DNA of 64,000 nucleotides from Nostoc sp. DedSLP01 (GCA_034530875.2 JAVRCJ020000002.1:224001-288000); one strand, 5' to 3'; positions 41,066 to 52,155 are shown, counted from the first letter of the stretch. The notes: generated by a model not told the origin, from the letters alone. A program made the numbers and translations.

Positions 41066-41737
41066 GTGGCGAGTAGGGAAAAGAAAGTTTTATCTCTAAA
41101 GCAAAGGGCGGTAGAAATTCTCTCTCGCCTGAAGCGTCTTTATCCAGATGCTACTTGCTCTTTGAACTACTCAACACCAGTACAATTGTTGGTGGCAACT
41201 ATTCTGTCGGCTCAGTGTACTGATGAGCGAGTCAATAAGGTAACGCCAGCATTATTTAGTCAGTTTCCTGATGCAGAAAGTTTAGCGATCGCCGACTTAC
41301 TAGAATTAGAAAACTTGGTGCGTTCCACAGGATTTTATCGCAATAAAGCCAAGAACATTCAAGGTGCTTGTCGGATGATTGTCAGCGAGTTTAATTCTGT
41401 TGTCCCCAACCAAATGGAACAATTACTAAAGCTTCCAGGTGTGGCACGCAAGACAGCAAATGTAGTCCTCGCTCATGCTTATGGCATTAATGCTGGTGTG
41501 ACGGTAGATACTCACGTTAGCCGCCTGAGTCAACGTTTGGGTTTGACTGAACATACAGACCCCATCAAGATTGAAAAAGATTTAATGCTGTTATTGCCGC
41601 AACGAGATTGGGAAAATTGGTCAATTCGGCTGATTTATCACGGCCGTGCTATTTGTAAAGCTCGTTCTCCCGTCTGCGTTGCTTGCAAACTTGCTGATTT
41701 ATGTCCTGCTGCAAATAAGCCAGCAGTTGTAGGTTAG
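41066..41737 (+). CDS. nth: Endonuclease III
   Basis: LSAQCTD, HhH LPGVARKTAN, VDTHV, C-x6-C-x2-C-x5-C Fe-S motif. Confidence 0.96.
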   Translation: MASREKKVLSLKQRAVEILSRLKRLYPDATCSLNYSTPVQLLVATILSAQCTDERVNKVTPALFSQFPDAESLAIADLLELENLVRSTGFYRNKAKNIQGACRMIVSEFNSVVPNQMEQLLKLPGVARKTANVVLAHAYGINAGVTVDTHVSRLSQRLGLTEHTDPIKIEKDLMLLLPQRDWENWSIRLIYHGRAICKARSPVCVACKLADLCPAANKPAVVG

Positions 41738-41925
41738 TCTTGACTCAAAAGAGTATATGGAGATGGGGAGATGGGGAAAAATCCTCTTCCTTGTCGCCGT
41801 TACCGCATAATCTTGCGTGTTTAGGAATTTCAATTTTACAGGCTAGTAGAGAACACAAGTAGCCTAGAATTGAAAAGAAGACTGTAGAATGGAAAATGCT
41901 GTCTTAAATTAACTTAAGAGAATAT

Positions 41926-42228
41926 ATGGCAAAAAAGAGCATGATTGAGCGCGAGAAAAAACGCGCCAGATTGGTAGAAAAATATGCCCAAAAGCGGGAA
42001 GCTCTTTTAGAAGAGTTCAAAAGCGCGGAATCTCCCCTTGATAAGCTAGAAATCCATCGGCAAATTCAACAGCTACCTCGCAACAGTGCGCCCAGCCGCC
42101 GCCGTAACCGCTGCTGGTTGACTGGTCGTCCTAGAGGTGTTTACCGCGATTTTGGACTATCTCGGAATGTGCTGCGGGAATGGGCGCATGAAGGTCTTTT
42201 ACCTGGAGTAGTTAAGTCTAGTTGGTAG
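41926..42228 (+). CDS. rpsN: 30S ribosomal protein S14
   Basis: [10 protein letters not shown]...[21 protein letters not shown]...PGVVKSSW. Confidence 0.98.
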   Translation: MAKKSMIEREKKRARLVEKYAQKREALLEEFKSAESPLDKLEIHRQIQQLPRNSAPSRRRNRCWLTGRPRGVYRDFGLSRNVLREWAHEGLLPGVVKSSW

Positions 42229-42296
42229 TCATTGGTCATTAGTCATTGGTCATTAGTCATTGGTAGATGCAAAGGACAAAGGACGAATGACAAAAA

Positions 42297-42626
42297 TTAT
42301 TGACCGCAACACTTATCAATTCCTAGACTTTCTAAGAGTAGATCGCTAACGGCGTTGGCGATCGCAAACTCTCCATAAAAGCTATTGGAAAAATCATACG
42401 ACTGCATCTCTGTGACAATGGCAATTACCAGAGAACCGAGGTCGTTTTCTCCTTCCATTCGTTGACGCACAAAAATTTGTGCGGCTCTTTGAGCAATTTT
42501 TTGGTTAACTGCTTCTGGGATAAATTCTGTATCCAGCCACTGCAGTAGACGTTCTCGCAACCATTCACCTTCGAGTTGCGGATTTTCAGGGCGTGGTAGA
42601 GTAATGGGTGGAATTGGTTCAGTCAT
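42297..42626 (-). CDS. Conserved cyanobacterial hypothetical protein
   Basis: WLDTEFIPE, FYGEFAIANAVSDLL; ATG at 42626. Confidence 0.75.
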   Translation of the reverse strand: MTEPIPPITLPRPENPQLEGEWLRERLLQWLDTEFIPEAVNQKIAQRAAQIFVRQRMEGENDLGSLVIAIVTEMQSYDFSNSFYGEFAIANAVSDLLLESLGIDKCCGQ

Positions 42627-42722
42627 TTTTTTTAAACGCAAAGGAACGCTAAGGAAATCGCAGAGGAACGCAGAGAATGACTGCTAGTATCAAATTGCGT
42701 TCCGTTTGTATTTTTTATACTT

Positions 42723-43298
42723 ATGCAATATGATATCGCTGCTATTGTTCAAGGTTATGCTCAAGGCTATTTTCTCATGGCCGATGATAGCGATCGCCTG
42801 AATTGGTACGCAAGTCGCGATCGGACTTTTATTCCCTTGGATGAGAGGTTTCGCTACCCCAAGTCTTTACAGCGCGTCCTCAATCAAGAACGCTTTAGTG
42901 TGGCGATTAATCGAGATTTTCAAGCTGTGGTGGCTGGCTGCGCTAACCGCGAAGAAACTTGGATTTCACCAGAATTGCAAAAGATTTACTGGCTACTTTA
43001 CCAAAGTGGTTATGCTTATAGTTTTGAAACTTGGCAAGGTGACGAACTAGCTGGGGGAATTTTGGGAATTGTAATTGGTGGTGCTTTCATTGGTGAATCG
43101 ATGTTTTACCGCATTCCCGATGGTTCAAAAGTAGCAATGGTTAAGTTAGTAGAAAAATTGCGCCAGAGGAATTTTGTATTTTTTGATGGCCAAATGATGA
43201 ATCCGCATTTGGAAAGATTTGGTGCTTATCGCGTTGGAGATGAAGAATATCAAAGCTTACTCAACAAAGCATTACAGCATCGTTGTTACTTGGTATAA
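42723..43298 (+). CDS. aat: Leucyl/phenylalanyl-tRNA--protein transferase
   Basis: [35 protein letters not shown]. Confidence 0.93.
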   Translation: MQYDIAAIVQGYAQGYFLMADDSDRLNWYASRDRTFIPLDERFRYPKSLQRVLNQERFSVAINRDFQAVVAGCANREETWISPELQKIYWLLYQSGYAYSFETWQGDELAGGILGIVIGGAFIGESMFYRIPDGSKVAMVKLVEKLRQRNFVFFDGQMMNPHLERFGAYRVGDEEYQSLLNKALQHRCYLV

Positions 43299-43339
43299 AG
43301 AATGGCAAAAATATTAATATTCAAGAACTGTTTTGATTG

Positions 43340-43960
43340 ATGGTTTCCATTGCGCTCGAAGATGGATGGTTTCATCAGGTTCTTGGCCAATGTGCTGAGA
43401 ATGGTGGGTTTGTTTTTATTGCGCTATTGGGTGACTTAGGGAACGAACAAGAAATCATCTCATATCGGAGGGTTAGAGAAAATCTAATATTTCCTCTTTC
43501 AGATTACATTGAGGGACAAACTCCGAGTATTTTACACAGATGCGAGGATCTATTTGGAGAAGCAGCTGATGCGCCGTGGGTACGGGCTAGAATTCCAGCC
43601 ATATTTGGTTGTAATATCTTGATAAGCTTATCTGTTCCAGACTACAAGTATGGGCTTGTAGAGCAAACGTTTGTGGCTTGTGAATTAGAGTCAAATGGAG
43701 ACTGGATAGCCTACCCGTTCATCTGCGAAGACTATAATCTTCGCACGGGACTGCGCTTTAATCCAGATGTTTCATTAACTGAGATTTACGAACGTATAGC
43801 TAAAGCGTTTTGGGAACTTTTGCTTCTTGAATATGAAAGTATTTGTGCATTCCGCGATGGCTATCTGCACTATAACGAGATGGACGATGAAGAATGGCAT
43901 AATATAGTATTTAAGGATGGTGAATTCAGCATTGAAATAATAGACCCTGCGTTCATTTAA
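43340..43960 (+). CDS. Acidic hypothetical protein
   Basis: Uninterrupted 206-codon ORF, no recognised motif. Confidence 0.6.
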   Translation: MVSIALEDGWFHQVLGQCAENGGFVFIALLGDLGNEQEIISYRRVRENLIFPLSDYIEGQTPSILHRCEDLFGEAADAPWVRARIPAIFGCNILISLSVPDYKYGLVEQTFVACELESNGDWIAYPFICEDYNLRTGLRFNPDVSLTEIYERIAKAFWELLLLEYESICAFRDGYLHYNEMDDEEWHNIVFKDGEFSIEIIDPAFI

Positions 43961-44184
43961 TTATTAGTTGTAGTGGAATTTGGTTGAGTGCGATCGCTAA
44001 TCTTGTAAGTTTGATTGACGCTAGAAAACCTAAGAGAATTTTTCCATTCTCAATGTTAACCGCTTGTATTAATGAAAAGTGCGATCGCACCTCTTACAAA
44101 CTTACTAAACCGTAACTTAGGCAATGTGTTGTTTTGAGGTTTCTTAGACTACCCTAAAGATAGAATTAATAAATTTTCTCTGTT

Positions 44185-44433
44185 ATGAGTGTTGTAATCT
44201 CAGACGAAATTGTACAAGCATCTCAGCTTACTCCAACGGAGTTTTGTCAAGAAATTGCGCTGTTCCTCTTCCAAACAGGACGCTTAACGGTAGGGTACGC
44301 CAGTCAGCTAGCGGATATGCAACCCAATACCTTTCGCCAACTCCTCAAGCAGCGAAACATCCCTCTTTACTCTTACGATGTTGAAGACTTTGAATTGGAT
44401 TTGAAAAACTTGCGAGAGCTTGGAAGACTGTGA
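44185..44433 (+). CDS. UPF0175-family antitoxin-like protein
   Basis: EIAL.LFQ.GRLT.G.AS.LA.M....F..LL..RNIP; overlaps the next gene (GTGA). Confidence 0.85.
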   Translation: MSVVISDEIVQASQLTPTEFCQEIALFLFQTGRLTVGYASQLADMQPNTFRQLLKQRNIPLYSYDVEDFELDLKNLRELGRL

Positions 44434-44924
44434 TTGTTATCAGCAATACATCAGCAATCACAAATTTAGCAGCAATTCAATACTTGCAACTTTTGCCTCA
44501 ACTCTACACTCAAGTAATCATTCCAGAAGCAGTATATCGTGAGCTTACCGATATCAAGCCTGACGTTCCAGGAACCTCTGAAGTTCAAGCTGCTTCTTGG
44601 TTGGAAATTCGGCAAGTTACAAACTGTGAAACTATTGAACGACTGCGATACGAAGTAAGATTAGATCCTGGAGAGTCTGAGGCAATTGCCCTTGCACTAG
44701 AACTGAGTGCTGATTTGCTATTGATTGATGAGCGTCGAGGTCGAGCAGAAGCTCATCGCCTGGGATTGAGGATTACTGGATTGCTGGGTATTTTGATTGA
44801 GGCGAAACACCAAAATCTCATCATTGCTGTCAAACCGTTGATGGATGCCTTAATTTCTACATCCGAGTTTAGAGTCTCTCCAGCTCTATACAATCAAATT
44901 TTAGATATGGTAGATGAAGTTTGA
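44430..44924 (+). CDS. DUF3368 PIN-domain protein (TA toxin-like)
   Basis: IVISNTS, IPEAVYREL, LDPGESEAIALA, LLIDERRGR, TGLLGIL. Confidence 0.88.
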   Translation: MIVISNTSAITNLAAIQYLQLLPQLYTQVIIPEAVYRELTDIKPDVPGTSEVQAASWLEIRQVTNCETIERLRYEVRLDPGESEAIALALELSADLLLIDERRGRAEAHRLGLRITGLLGILIEAKHQNLIIAVKPLMDALISTSEFRVSPALYNQILDMVDEV

Positions 44925-44991
44925 AAGATTGTTTTTCATTAGTAGCGATCGCCATTTTTCTAACAACAATTGCTCAATTATCATAAGTATT

Positions 44992-45798
44992 TTACCTTCT
45001 TTGTTCGGTAACTAAAGTTAAGCTAATCCATTCACCTTTGTCGTTATAGCTGCGAATCATTCTCTGGCGGAGATTTGGCTGGATTAACCAACCAGCTTCT
45101 AAAAATAAAGGTTGACGTAATTGGACTTTGAGTGGTGAAGTTGCAGAAGCGCCATCGGGTAGGAATAATACTTGTATCTGCTTTTCAGGATTTTCGTCAA
45201 AGAGAACAATGGAACCCTTGATAGTAGCAGTTGAAGTAATTGTGCGTCCTGCAAAAGAAGTACTTTGAATTAATCGCCCAGCGTTATCTAATTGTAATTT
45301 TAGAGTTGTAGAGTAAATATCAGGCGATCGCAAATCTCGATATATTGTCACTGCTTCACCTTGCCATTCTCCCAACAAGGCATCTAACTGCAAAGGTGGA
45401 CGTTCTGCTGCTGGAGTTCCGGCTAGATATTCTCGAATTAGGGTTATTCCACTGAGATTACCTGTCTTATCAAATAGTTGCACTAGACGTAAGCGGCGAT
45501 TTTCACGAACAAAAGCCAGTTCTCCACCGAATTCGGAAAACGGCCCTATCTGAATTAAACCCTCAGAAAACGAACCATTTTCAAAAAACAGCAAACCTCC
45601 TCCCACAGAACTAAATTCTCTAACTAAATCTCGTCCCGAACGGCTCAAAGTTAAGCGTACTCTTTGGCTATCGTTCAACTGTTCTAAAGAAAGGCGGCTA
45701 GGAGTATCGTTGAGAAGCGTACCTTGGGGAGAAAAATTAGCGAACGAACCTTCCCAAACACCAAGATTTTCTAAAAAACATTCCCACTGCGATTTCAT
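44992..45798 (-). CDS. DUF3598-family protein
   Basis: MKSQWECFLENLGVWEGSF, LPDG, RQRMIRSY...GEW.SLTLV.E; ATG at 45798. Confidence 0.82.
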   Translation of the reverse strand: MKSQWECFLENLGVWEGSFANFSPQGTLLNDTPSRLSLEQLNDSQRVRLTLSRSGRDLVREFSSVGGGLLFFENGSFSEGLIQIGPFSEFGGELAFVRENRRLRLVQLFDKTGNLSGITLIREYLAGTPAAERPPLQLDALLGEWQGEAVTIYRDLRSPDIYSTTLKLQLDNAGRLIQSTSFAGRTITSTATIKGSIVLFDENPEKQIQVLFLPDGASATSPLKVQLRQPLFLEAGWLIQPNLRQRMIRSYNDKGEWISLTLVTEQRR

Positions 45799-45838
45799 AA
45801 TTATTTCCTCTCCTCTACCCATGCCCAATGCCCAATAC

Positions 45839-46741
45839 CTATCGTTTAGCAAAACGTCTGACAGCAAATAAGCTTCCCATTAATCCTACAGCTGCACCGA
45901 AGCTCAAAAGAATTAGGGGCAATAATAAAATTTGGGCTGGAGTGAGTTGTATTCCGTTGGTAATAAATTGGATAAACTCAGGCTGATTGGCTAGCAATTT
46001 AGTGAGAAACTGTTGAATTACAGAAATAAAACTCCAAGCGATCGCACCACCAACTAAACCAAAAGTAATTCCTTGTAAAATGAACGGTAGGTAAATCCAA
46101 ACAGAAGTTGCTCCCACTAGTTGCATAATTTCAATTTCCTGGCGTCGCGCCATGACAATCAGGCGAATTGTAGTAGTAGTCACGGCGATCGCTGTTACAG
46201 TCAAAATAATCGTAATTGTTAAAGTAATCCAGTTCAGACCCCGGTGCAACTGAGCAATGCGCCTGACTGCTTCATCGATATACTGCACCGTATCGACTCC
46301 TTGTAACTTAACCAACTGGGTTGCTAAAGTTGGTACTACTTGAGAATTACGCGCTTTCACCTCGATCTCATCAACCAAAGGGTTCTCGCCTAACTGCTGC
46401 GTAACACCCTCAATATCCGAAATTCCCATTTCCTTAACTAACTTACTCCAAGCCTCGTCCTTGGTAATTGTGTGTATTGCGGTTACCTCTGGCATTTTTG
46501 CAATTAGTGGTTCAAGGCTTTGGGCTTGGATATCCGGTTCGAGATAAACTGAGACTTCTAGCTGGCTACCAAACTGGTAGAGAAGCTTTTCGACTTGCCA
46601 AGAAGTTTGCAAACTCAAGCCGAATAAAAATAACAACACCGTCACAGTGCTGACAGCTGCCCAATTCATCCAACCTCCCCGCATTAAACCAAGGAAAGTT
46701 TCTTTGAGCAGATAGTCAAGTTTCGTGAGAGATTTCAACAC
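45839..46741 (-). CDS. ftsX: Cell division permease FtsX
   Basis: TTIRLIVMARRQEIEIMQLVGAT..WIYLPFILQG, ENPL. Confidence 0.92.
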   Translation of the reverse strand: MLKSLTKLDYLLKETFLGLMRGGWMNWAAVSTVTVLLFLFGLSLQTSWQVEKLLYQFGSQLEVSVYLEPDIQAQSLEPLIAKMPEVTAIHTITKDEAWSKLVKEMGISDIEGVTQQLGENPLVDEIEVKARNSQVVPTLATQLVKLQGVDTVQYIDEAVRRIAQLHRGLNWITLTITIILTVTAIAVTTTTIRLIVMARRQEIEIMQLVGATSVWIYLPFILQGITFGLVGGAIAWSFISVIQQFLTKLLANQPEFIQFITNGIQLTPAQILLLPLILLSFGAAVGLMGSLFAVRRFAKR

Positions 46742-46918
46742 AAAGCACCCCAGTCAGAAGTCAGAAGTCAGGAGTCAGCAGTCAGAATTAATAATTGATA
46801 ACTCAGAATTCAGAATTCAGCACTCCCTACCTCCCCATTTCCCTATTCCCCACTCCCCACTCCCCAGCTTGATAGAATTAAGTTAGTAGGAATTTTCACC
46901 ATCTAGCCATCAAGACTC

Positions 46919-47482
46919 ATGCCCTCTGAAATTGCTGTCGAGAAAAAAAAGTTAAAAAATCCACCTTTGGAGCTTCATTATTTAGGCGATCGCGTGCTGC
47001 GTCAACCCGCAAAGCGAATTACTAAAGTTGATGATGAACTCCGCAAACTGGTGCGCGAAATGCTGCAAACTATGTACAGCAAAGATGGCATTGGTTTGGC
47101 TGCGCCCCAAGTCGGAATTCACAAACAACTAATTGTCATTGACTTGGAACCAGAAAACGCAGCTAATCAGCCTTTGGTGTTGATTAACCCCACAATTAAA
47201 CAAGTCAGCCGCGACATCTCGGTTGCCCAAGAAGGATGTTTAAGCATTCCCAACGTATACCTTGATGTAAAGCGCCCTGAAGTCGTAGAAATTGCTTATA
47301 AAGACGAATATGGTCGTCCCCAGACTTTAAAGGCTAATGACCTTTTGGGACGCTGCATTCAGCACGAAATGGATCACCTCAATGGTGTGGTATTTGTAGA
47401 CCGTGTAGAAAACTCCTTGACTTTAGCCCAAGAGCTATCTAAAAATGGCTTCTCGTATCAAGCGGTGAAACCAGTAGCATAG
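46919..47482 (+). CDS. def: Peptide deformylase
   Basis: GIGLAAPQVG, EGCLSIP, QHEMDHL. Confidence 0.97.
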   Translation: MPSEIAVEKKKLKNPPLELHYLGDRVLRQPAKRITKVDDELRKLVREMLQTMYSKDGIGLAAPQVGIHKQLIVIDLEPENAANQPLVLINPTIKQVSRDISVAQEGCLSIPNVYLDVKRPEVVEIAYKDEYGRPQTLKANDLLGRCIQHEMDHLNGVVFVDRVENSLTLAQELSKNGFSYQAVKPVA

Positions 47483-47492
47483 GGGAATAGTA

Positions 47493-47696
47493 GTGTATTT
47501 AACTCCAAAAAGCGGTTTGTTTCTGGGTTGTTGTTGTGTAAGTGCGATCGCAGCTGTCGGTTCGATTTTTGAACTCAGTTACGGACAACCAGATTTAGGC
47601 GTTACAACCACGGCAATTATCCTCGCATTGAGTATTCCACTCACAGGATTATTTTTCTTTGCCGCAGTGAGGGACGCAAGGGCTAACATAAAATAA
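47493..47696 (+). CDS. Small two-TM protein
   Basis: GTG start 10 nt after def; two hydrophobic helices, AAVGSIFEL motif. Confidence 0.7.
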   Translation: MYLTPKSGLFLGCCCVSAIAAVGSIFELSYGQPDLGVTTTAIILALSIPLTGLFFFAAVRDARANIK

Positions 47697-47977
47697 GCAT
47701 CAGGTACATAAAAAAGGTAAACGGATGAAATCAGAATACTAACTTCATCCTTTTACCTTTTATTTTTGTTCTGTATCTTCTACTGCGCCGTTATACCATT
47801 TCAGTTTAAAAATGATACGCAGAGGGGGCAGAGGGAGCAGGGGAGGTAGGGGAAGAATTCTAACTCCTAACTCAGCACTCAGCACTCGTAAATATAGTTT
47901 TAGTTGTAATGCTATTGATAAAAATCGTACATCGCGTTAGTCTTCATGGACGTAACTGCACGCTATGATATCAGGCG

Positions 47978-50422
47978 ATGACAAATCAACCCTCCGCGAA
48001 AATTCCTTCTTGCACTTGGAGTCGTCCCATTGGTTTAGGTTGGGACAAACCCTATACTGTCCGCTACGCAAGTAATCTTGATGACGGCCCTTGGCATGGT
48101 ATGCCATTAGGCGGCTTTGGTGCAGGTTGCATCGGTCGTTCTTCGCGGGGAGACTTTAATTTATGGCACATCGATGGCGGCGAACATACCTTCAAAAACT
48201 TTCCCGCCTGTCAATTCAGTGTATTTGAGTCCAATGGTACATCTTCTCAAGCCTACGCTTTATCTACCGAAGCACCTGAAGATGGTACTCTCAAGGCATG
48301 GCAATGGTATTCAGGGAGCAGCGGAGGAGCAGGGAAGGCAGGGGGGGAAATACCCAATGCCCCATCCTCTACTGGCGAATATCATGCCTTATATCCCCGT
48401 AGCTGGTTTGTGTATGAAAATGTTTTCCAAGCACAGTTGGCTTGCGAGCAGTTTTCCCCTATATGGGCAGGGAATTATCAGGAAACTAGCTACCCTGTAG
48501 CGGTATTCCTTTGGAATGCTCGTAACCCCACAAATGCACCTATTACTCTCAGCATCATGCTTACCTGGGAAAATATGGTGGGCTGGTTTACTAATGCTCT
48601 CAAATCTCCGAAAGTACGCGTGCGCGATGATGGTAGTCCAGTTTATGAATATCAACCTCGTTTGCGCGAAAGTCAAGGAAACTACAACCAGAGTGTTGAG
48701 GATAGCCAACATTTTGGTTGTCTTTTAAGTCGAGTTAGCGACGGCAAACCATTACAAGAAGGAGACGGGACTTGGTGTATTGCCACGTTAAAACATCCCA
48801 AAGCTGAAGTATTTTATCACACCCATTTTAATAGTGTTGGTACGGGTGAAGATGTATGGAAAACCTTTGCTGAAGATGGTTCTTTACCTAATTATCAAGA
48901 TACAACTCCAGCAACAGAAAATACACAAATAGGAGCTGCGATCGCACTTCGTTTTACTCTCCAACCAGGCGAAACTCTAGAAATCCCCTTTGTCCTGGCT
49001 TGGGATTTGCCGATTACAGAATTTGCTGCTGGAATCGACTATTATCGCAGATATACAGACTTTTTTGGTCAAGATGGTAATAATGCTTGGACGATCGCAT
49101 CTACTGCCTTAAAAGAATATCAAAACTGGCGATCGCAAATTCAAACTTGGCAACAACCCATTCTCGAACGCCAAGATTTACCAGATTGGTTCAAAATGGC
49201 TTTGTTTAACGAGCTTTACGACCTCACCAGTGGCGGTACTCTCTGGAGTGCAGCATCAAAACTTGACCCCATCGGCCAGTTTGCGGTGCTAGAGTGCTTA
49301 GATTACCGTTGGTATGAAAGTCTAGATGTGCGGTTGTATGGCTCTTTTGCGCTGTTGTTGCTGTTTCCCGAATTAGAAAAGTCTGTGATTCGGGCATTTG
49401 CACGGGCAATTCCCCAAGGCGATGAGACTGGGCGCATCATTGGCTATTATATGACCATCAAAGCCGAAAGTCCTATCGCTGTTCGCAAAGCCTTTGGTGC
49501 AACGCCCCACGATTTAGGCGCACCGAACGAACACGTTTGGGAAAAAACTAATTACACCAGCTATCAAGATTGCAATTTATGGAAAGATTTAGGTAGCGAT
49601 TTTGTATTGCAAGTATACCGAGATTTTCTGCTGACTGGTGCTGAGGATGTGGAATTTTTAGCTGATTGTTGGAATGCCATCGTTGAAACCCTCAACTACC
49701 TGAAAGCTTTTGACTTAGACGGCGATGGGATTCCAGAAAATTCTGGTGCCCCCGACCAAACATTTGATGATTGGCGGTTGCAAGGAGTCAGTGCTTATTG
49801 TGGAGGATTGTGGTTAGCAGCTCTAGAAGCTGCGATCGCTATCAGTAATATTTTATTGGAGAATAATATTGGCGATCGCCAAGATTTGGAAACTCAAAAA
49901 TCCACCTATCAAGCTTGGTTAGAACAATCCCGCCCCATTTACCAAGAAAAACTCTGGAACGGACAATATTATCGACTCGATAGCAAAAGTGGTTCTGATG
50001 TCGTCATGGCAGATCAATTGTGCGGACAGTTTTACGCCCGGTTGCTAGGATTACCTGATATTGTACCGAGCGATCGAGCCTTGTCTGCTTTGAAAACTGT
50101 TTATGATGCCTGTTTTTTGAAATTTTACAACGGTCAATTTGGTGCTGCTAATGGCCTTCGTCCTGACGGTTCCCCAGAAAATCCTAAAGCTACTCATCCT
50201 TTAGAAGTCTGGACAGGAATAAACTTCGGCTTGGCAGCTTTTCTTGCCCAAATGGGAATGAAAGACGAAGCATTCAAGTTAACGCAAGCAGTGGTGCAGC
50301 AAATTTACGACAATGGGCTGCAATTTCGCACGCCTGAAGCTATTACCGCAGCTGGTACTTTTCGCGCTTGCACTTACCTACGCGCTATGGCAATCTGGGG
50401 AATTTACTTAGCGATTAATTGA
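47978..50422 (+). CDS. GH116 (GBA2-like) beta-glucosidase
   Basis: GMPLGGFGAG, LECLDY, WKDL, DQTFDDW, MADQLCGQ, EVWTG, FRTPEA, YLRAMAIW. Confidence 0.92.
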   Translation: MTNQPSAKIPSCTWSRPIGLGWDKPYTVRYASNLDDGPWHGMPLGGFGAGCIGRSSRGDFNLWHIDGGEHTFKNFPACQFSVFESNGTSSQAYALSTEAPEDGTLKAWQWYSGSSGGAGKAGGEIPNAPSSTGEYHALYPRSWFVYENVFQAQLACEQFSPIWAGNYQETSYPVAVFLWNARNPTNAPITLSIMLTWENMVGWFTNALKSPKVRVRDDGSPVYEYQPRLRESQGNYNQSVEDSQHFGCLLSRVSDGKPLQEGDGTWCIATLKHPKAEVFYHTHFNSVGTGEDVWKTFAEDGSLPNYQDTTPATENTQIGAAIALRFTLQPGETLEIPFVLAWDLPITEFAAGIDYYRRYTDFFGQDGNNAWTIASTALKEYQNWRSQIQTWQQPILERQDLPDWFKMALFNELYDLTSGGTLWSAASKLDPIGQFAVLECLDYRWYESLDVRLYGSFALLLLFPELEKSVIRAFARAIPQGDETGRIIGYYMTIKAESPIAVRKAFGATPHDLGAPNEHVWEKTNYTSYQDCNLWKDLGSDFVLQVYRDFLLTGAEDVEFLADCWNAIVETLNYLKAFDLDGDGIPENSGAPDQTFDDWRLQGVSAYCGGLWLAALEAAIAISNILLENNIGDRQDLETQKSTYQAWLEQSRPIYQEKLWNGQYYRLDSKSGSDVVMADQLCGQFYARLLGLPDIVPSDRALSALKTVYDACFLKFYNGQFGAANGLRPDGSPENPKATHPLEVWTGINFGLAAFLAQMGMKDEAFKLTQAVVQQIYDNGLQFRTPEAITAAGTFRACTYLRAMAIWGIYLAIN

Positions 50423-50444
50423 TTGACTCTCAACCGAAATCTTT

Positions 50445-50746
50445 TTACAGCGGTTTTCATCTATTTGAACCACAATTTTCGGTAGGGGCTTTACAGCTGT
50501 CATTGGTGTCAACTTAAAATGAAAGCCAGGTCTGATAAGCATTTCAAAATTTTTCGATATACTACCTAGATTTTCGATCTCCCCTAACCCCCCTTGAAAA
50601 GGGGGGAATTAGAATCTTTTGCCCCCTTTTTAAGGGGGTTGGGGGATCTAAAACCACGGTAAATTGATTGTTTTAGCTTAAGTTGACACGTATGCACAGC
50701 TGTAAAGCCTCTACAACGTGGTCTATTTACCTGAAAATTGCTGTAA
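50445..50746. mobile_element. Nested MITE: outer element with TIRs containing a GTAG palindrome interrupted by a second MITE (50501-50694)
   Basis: Outer TTACAGCGGTTTTCA...TGAAAATTGCTGTAA; inner CATTGGTGTCAACTTAA...TTAAGTTGACACGTATG flanked by TACAGCTGT/CACAGCTGT. Confidence 0.82.
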
Positions 50747-50838
50747 GGTTCGGTTCAGCCAACAGACACCATAAGTTTCTGCCTCTAGAATATAATTTCC
50801 TCGTAACTGTCATACCACCAGTAGCCATTCATACACAT

Positions 50839-50867
50839 GTAGAGACGTTGCAATATAACGTCTCTAC
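50839..50867. repeat. GTAG-type REP-like palindrome
   Basis: GTAGAGACGTT-GCAATAT-AACGTCTCTAC. Confidence 0.75.
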
Positions 50868-50889
50868 CAATCATTATTGTAGGTAAATC

Positions 50890-50905
50890 AGGGGTCTTAC
50901 CCCCT
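50890..50905. promoter_or_regulatory. Putative HetR-binding site (distal)
   Basis: AGGGGTCTTACCCCCT, containing GGG-N5-CCC and the same core as the proximal site. Confidence 0.6.
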
Positions 50906-51382
50906 ATTTCGCAACCATACCTACAAACAAAGCGCTTTCAGCTTGGTCTTTTATAAACCCTAAATTTGTGATTTTATTTTCCGAGTATTTCCGGAAGCCG
51001 AGGAAAATTTCAGTAATGGTAATAGTTGAACTATTGAGAGCTCGAAACAACAGTTTCCAAAAATGCAATTATTACTAGATGTAGCCACATATATTGGTAA
51101 TATTTTCCACGCGATGTTCAGTACAAAACTGAACATATACCAATACCATACTTTTAAACGCCTTGGCTCGGCGAAAATCAAAAATCGCTCAACTATGAAG
51201 TGCTAGCTTTTTGAGGAATTTTTGTAATTCGGATTCATACTATAACCTATGTATAGCTTGTTGTCAACAAATCGATCCATTTGTCTGACAAAGAGAAAAA
51301 ATAGCATAGGCGCACCTCACAGCAGGCTTACTCACTAATTAAGAACCCAACAATTCTGATTTTTGATAGAAGAACTAGCATT

Positions 51383-51540
51383 TAGAGAATGGTTTAAAAG
51401 TAGTGGGTAAAGTATCCAAAACTTTGGCTCTTCCTAAATCCTCTTTTTAAAGAGGACTTTGAGAGGGTTATTCCCCTGTTAAAAATAAACGGGAGCAAAA
51501 AGATATTAATACGTTGCTACAACTTTATAAGAAGCTTTTT
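51383..51540. mobile_element. Degenerate copy of the 29711 MITE family (boundaries approximate)
   Basis: AGAGAATGGTTTAAAAGT...GTATCCAAAACTTT...CTAAATCCTCTTTTTAAAGAGGACTTTGA aligns with the left half of the 29711 element. Confidence 0.55.
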
Positions 51541-52155
51541 TAGGAATCTTAAATGATTTGTAAAATTATTGTTTGAGGTCGAGAATAAGGGACAGTAAAC
51601 AATAATTTATAAATATACTTTGTTTTTTCACTAATCATTTAAGAGTAGAGCGTTCCAGAGCGCCAACCCAATTTTTCTATAGAGATAAATTACTTTTAAA
51701 TAAATTTAGTAAACAAAGTGACTAATTATCTCAAATACTGTGACAAAAACTTTGAAATTAAATATTTTAAAAATAATTAAAATTGTAACTATTAGAATTT
51801 ACAGAGTATCAATAATTTGAGAATACTTATTTTTTGAAACAATATATGAATGCTACACAGCATTCATAAAAATGCTGACAATATATTTATTAAATAAAAT
51901 CCATTAAAATTTCAAAATTACTTCGTAACAATTTTAAATATTTGTTTGATTACAAGGTTTACTAGCCAAAAGATAAAGTTTAGGTAAATAAGGCTATTTT
52001 TCAAAAAAAATACAAAGAAGATTTTCAATAAATACAGCTAGTGTTTTTTGTAAGGCTGTATTTACTGCTCAACCTAGAAATTGTTTTAATTTCTAGTTAA
52101 TGCTATTATTGTCTAGTCACAAGACAATAGTAAGTGTTTCAAATTGATATTGTCT

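Noticed and set aside
50683..51181. 67-aa and 73-aa ORFs as HetR-controlled peptides
   Set aside because: One is built from MITE/REP DNA; the other has a TTG start and no RGSGR or double-glycine leader motif
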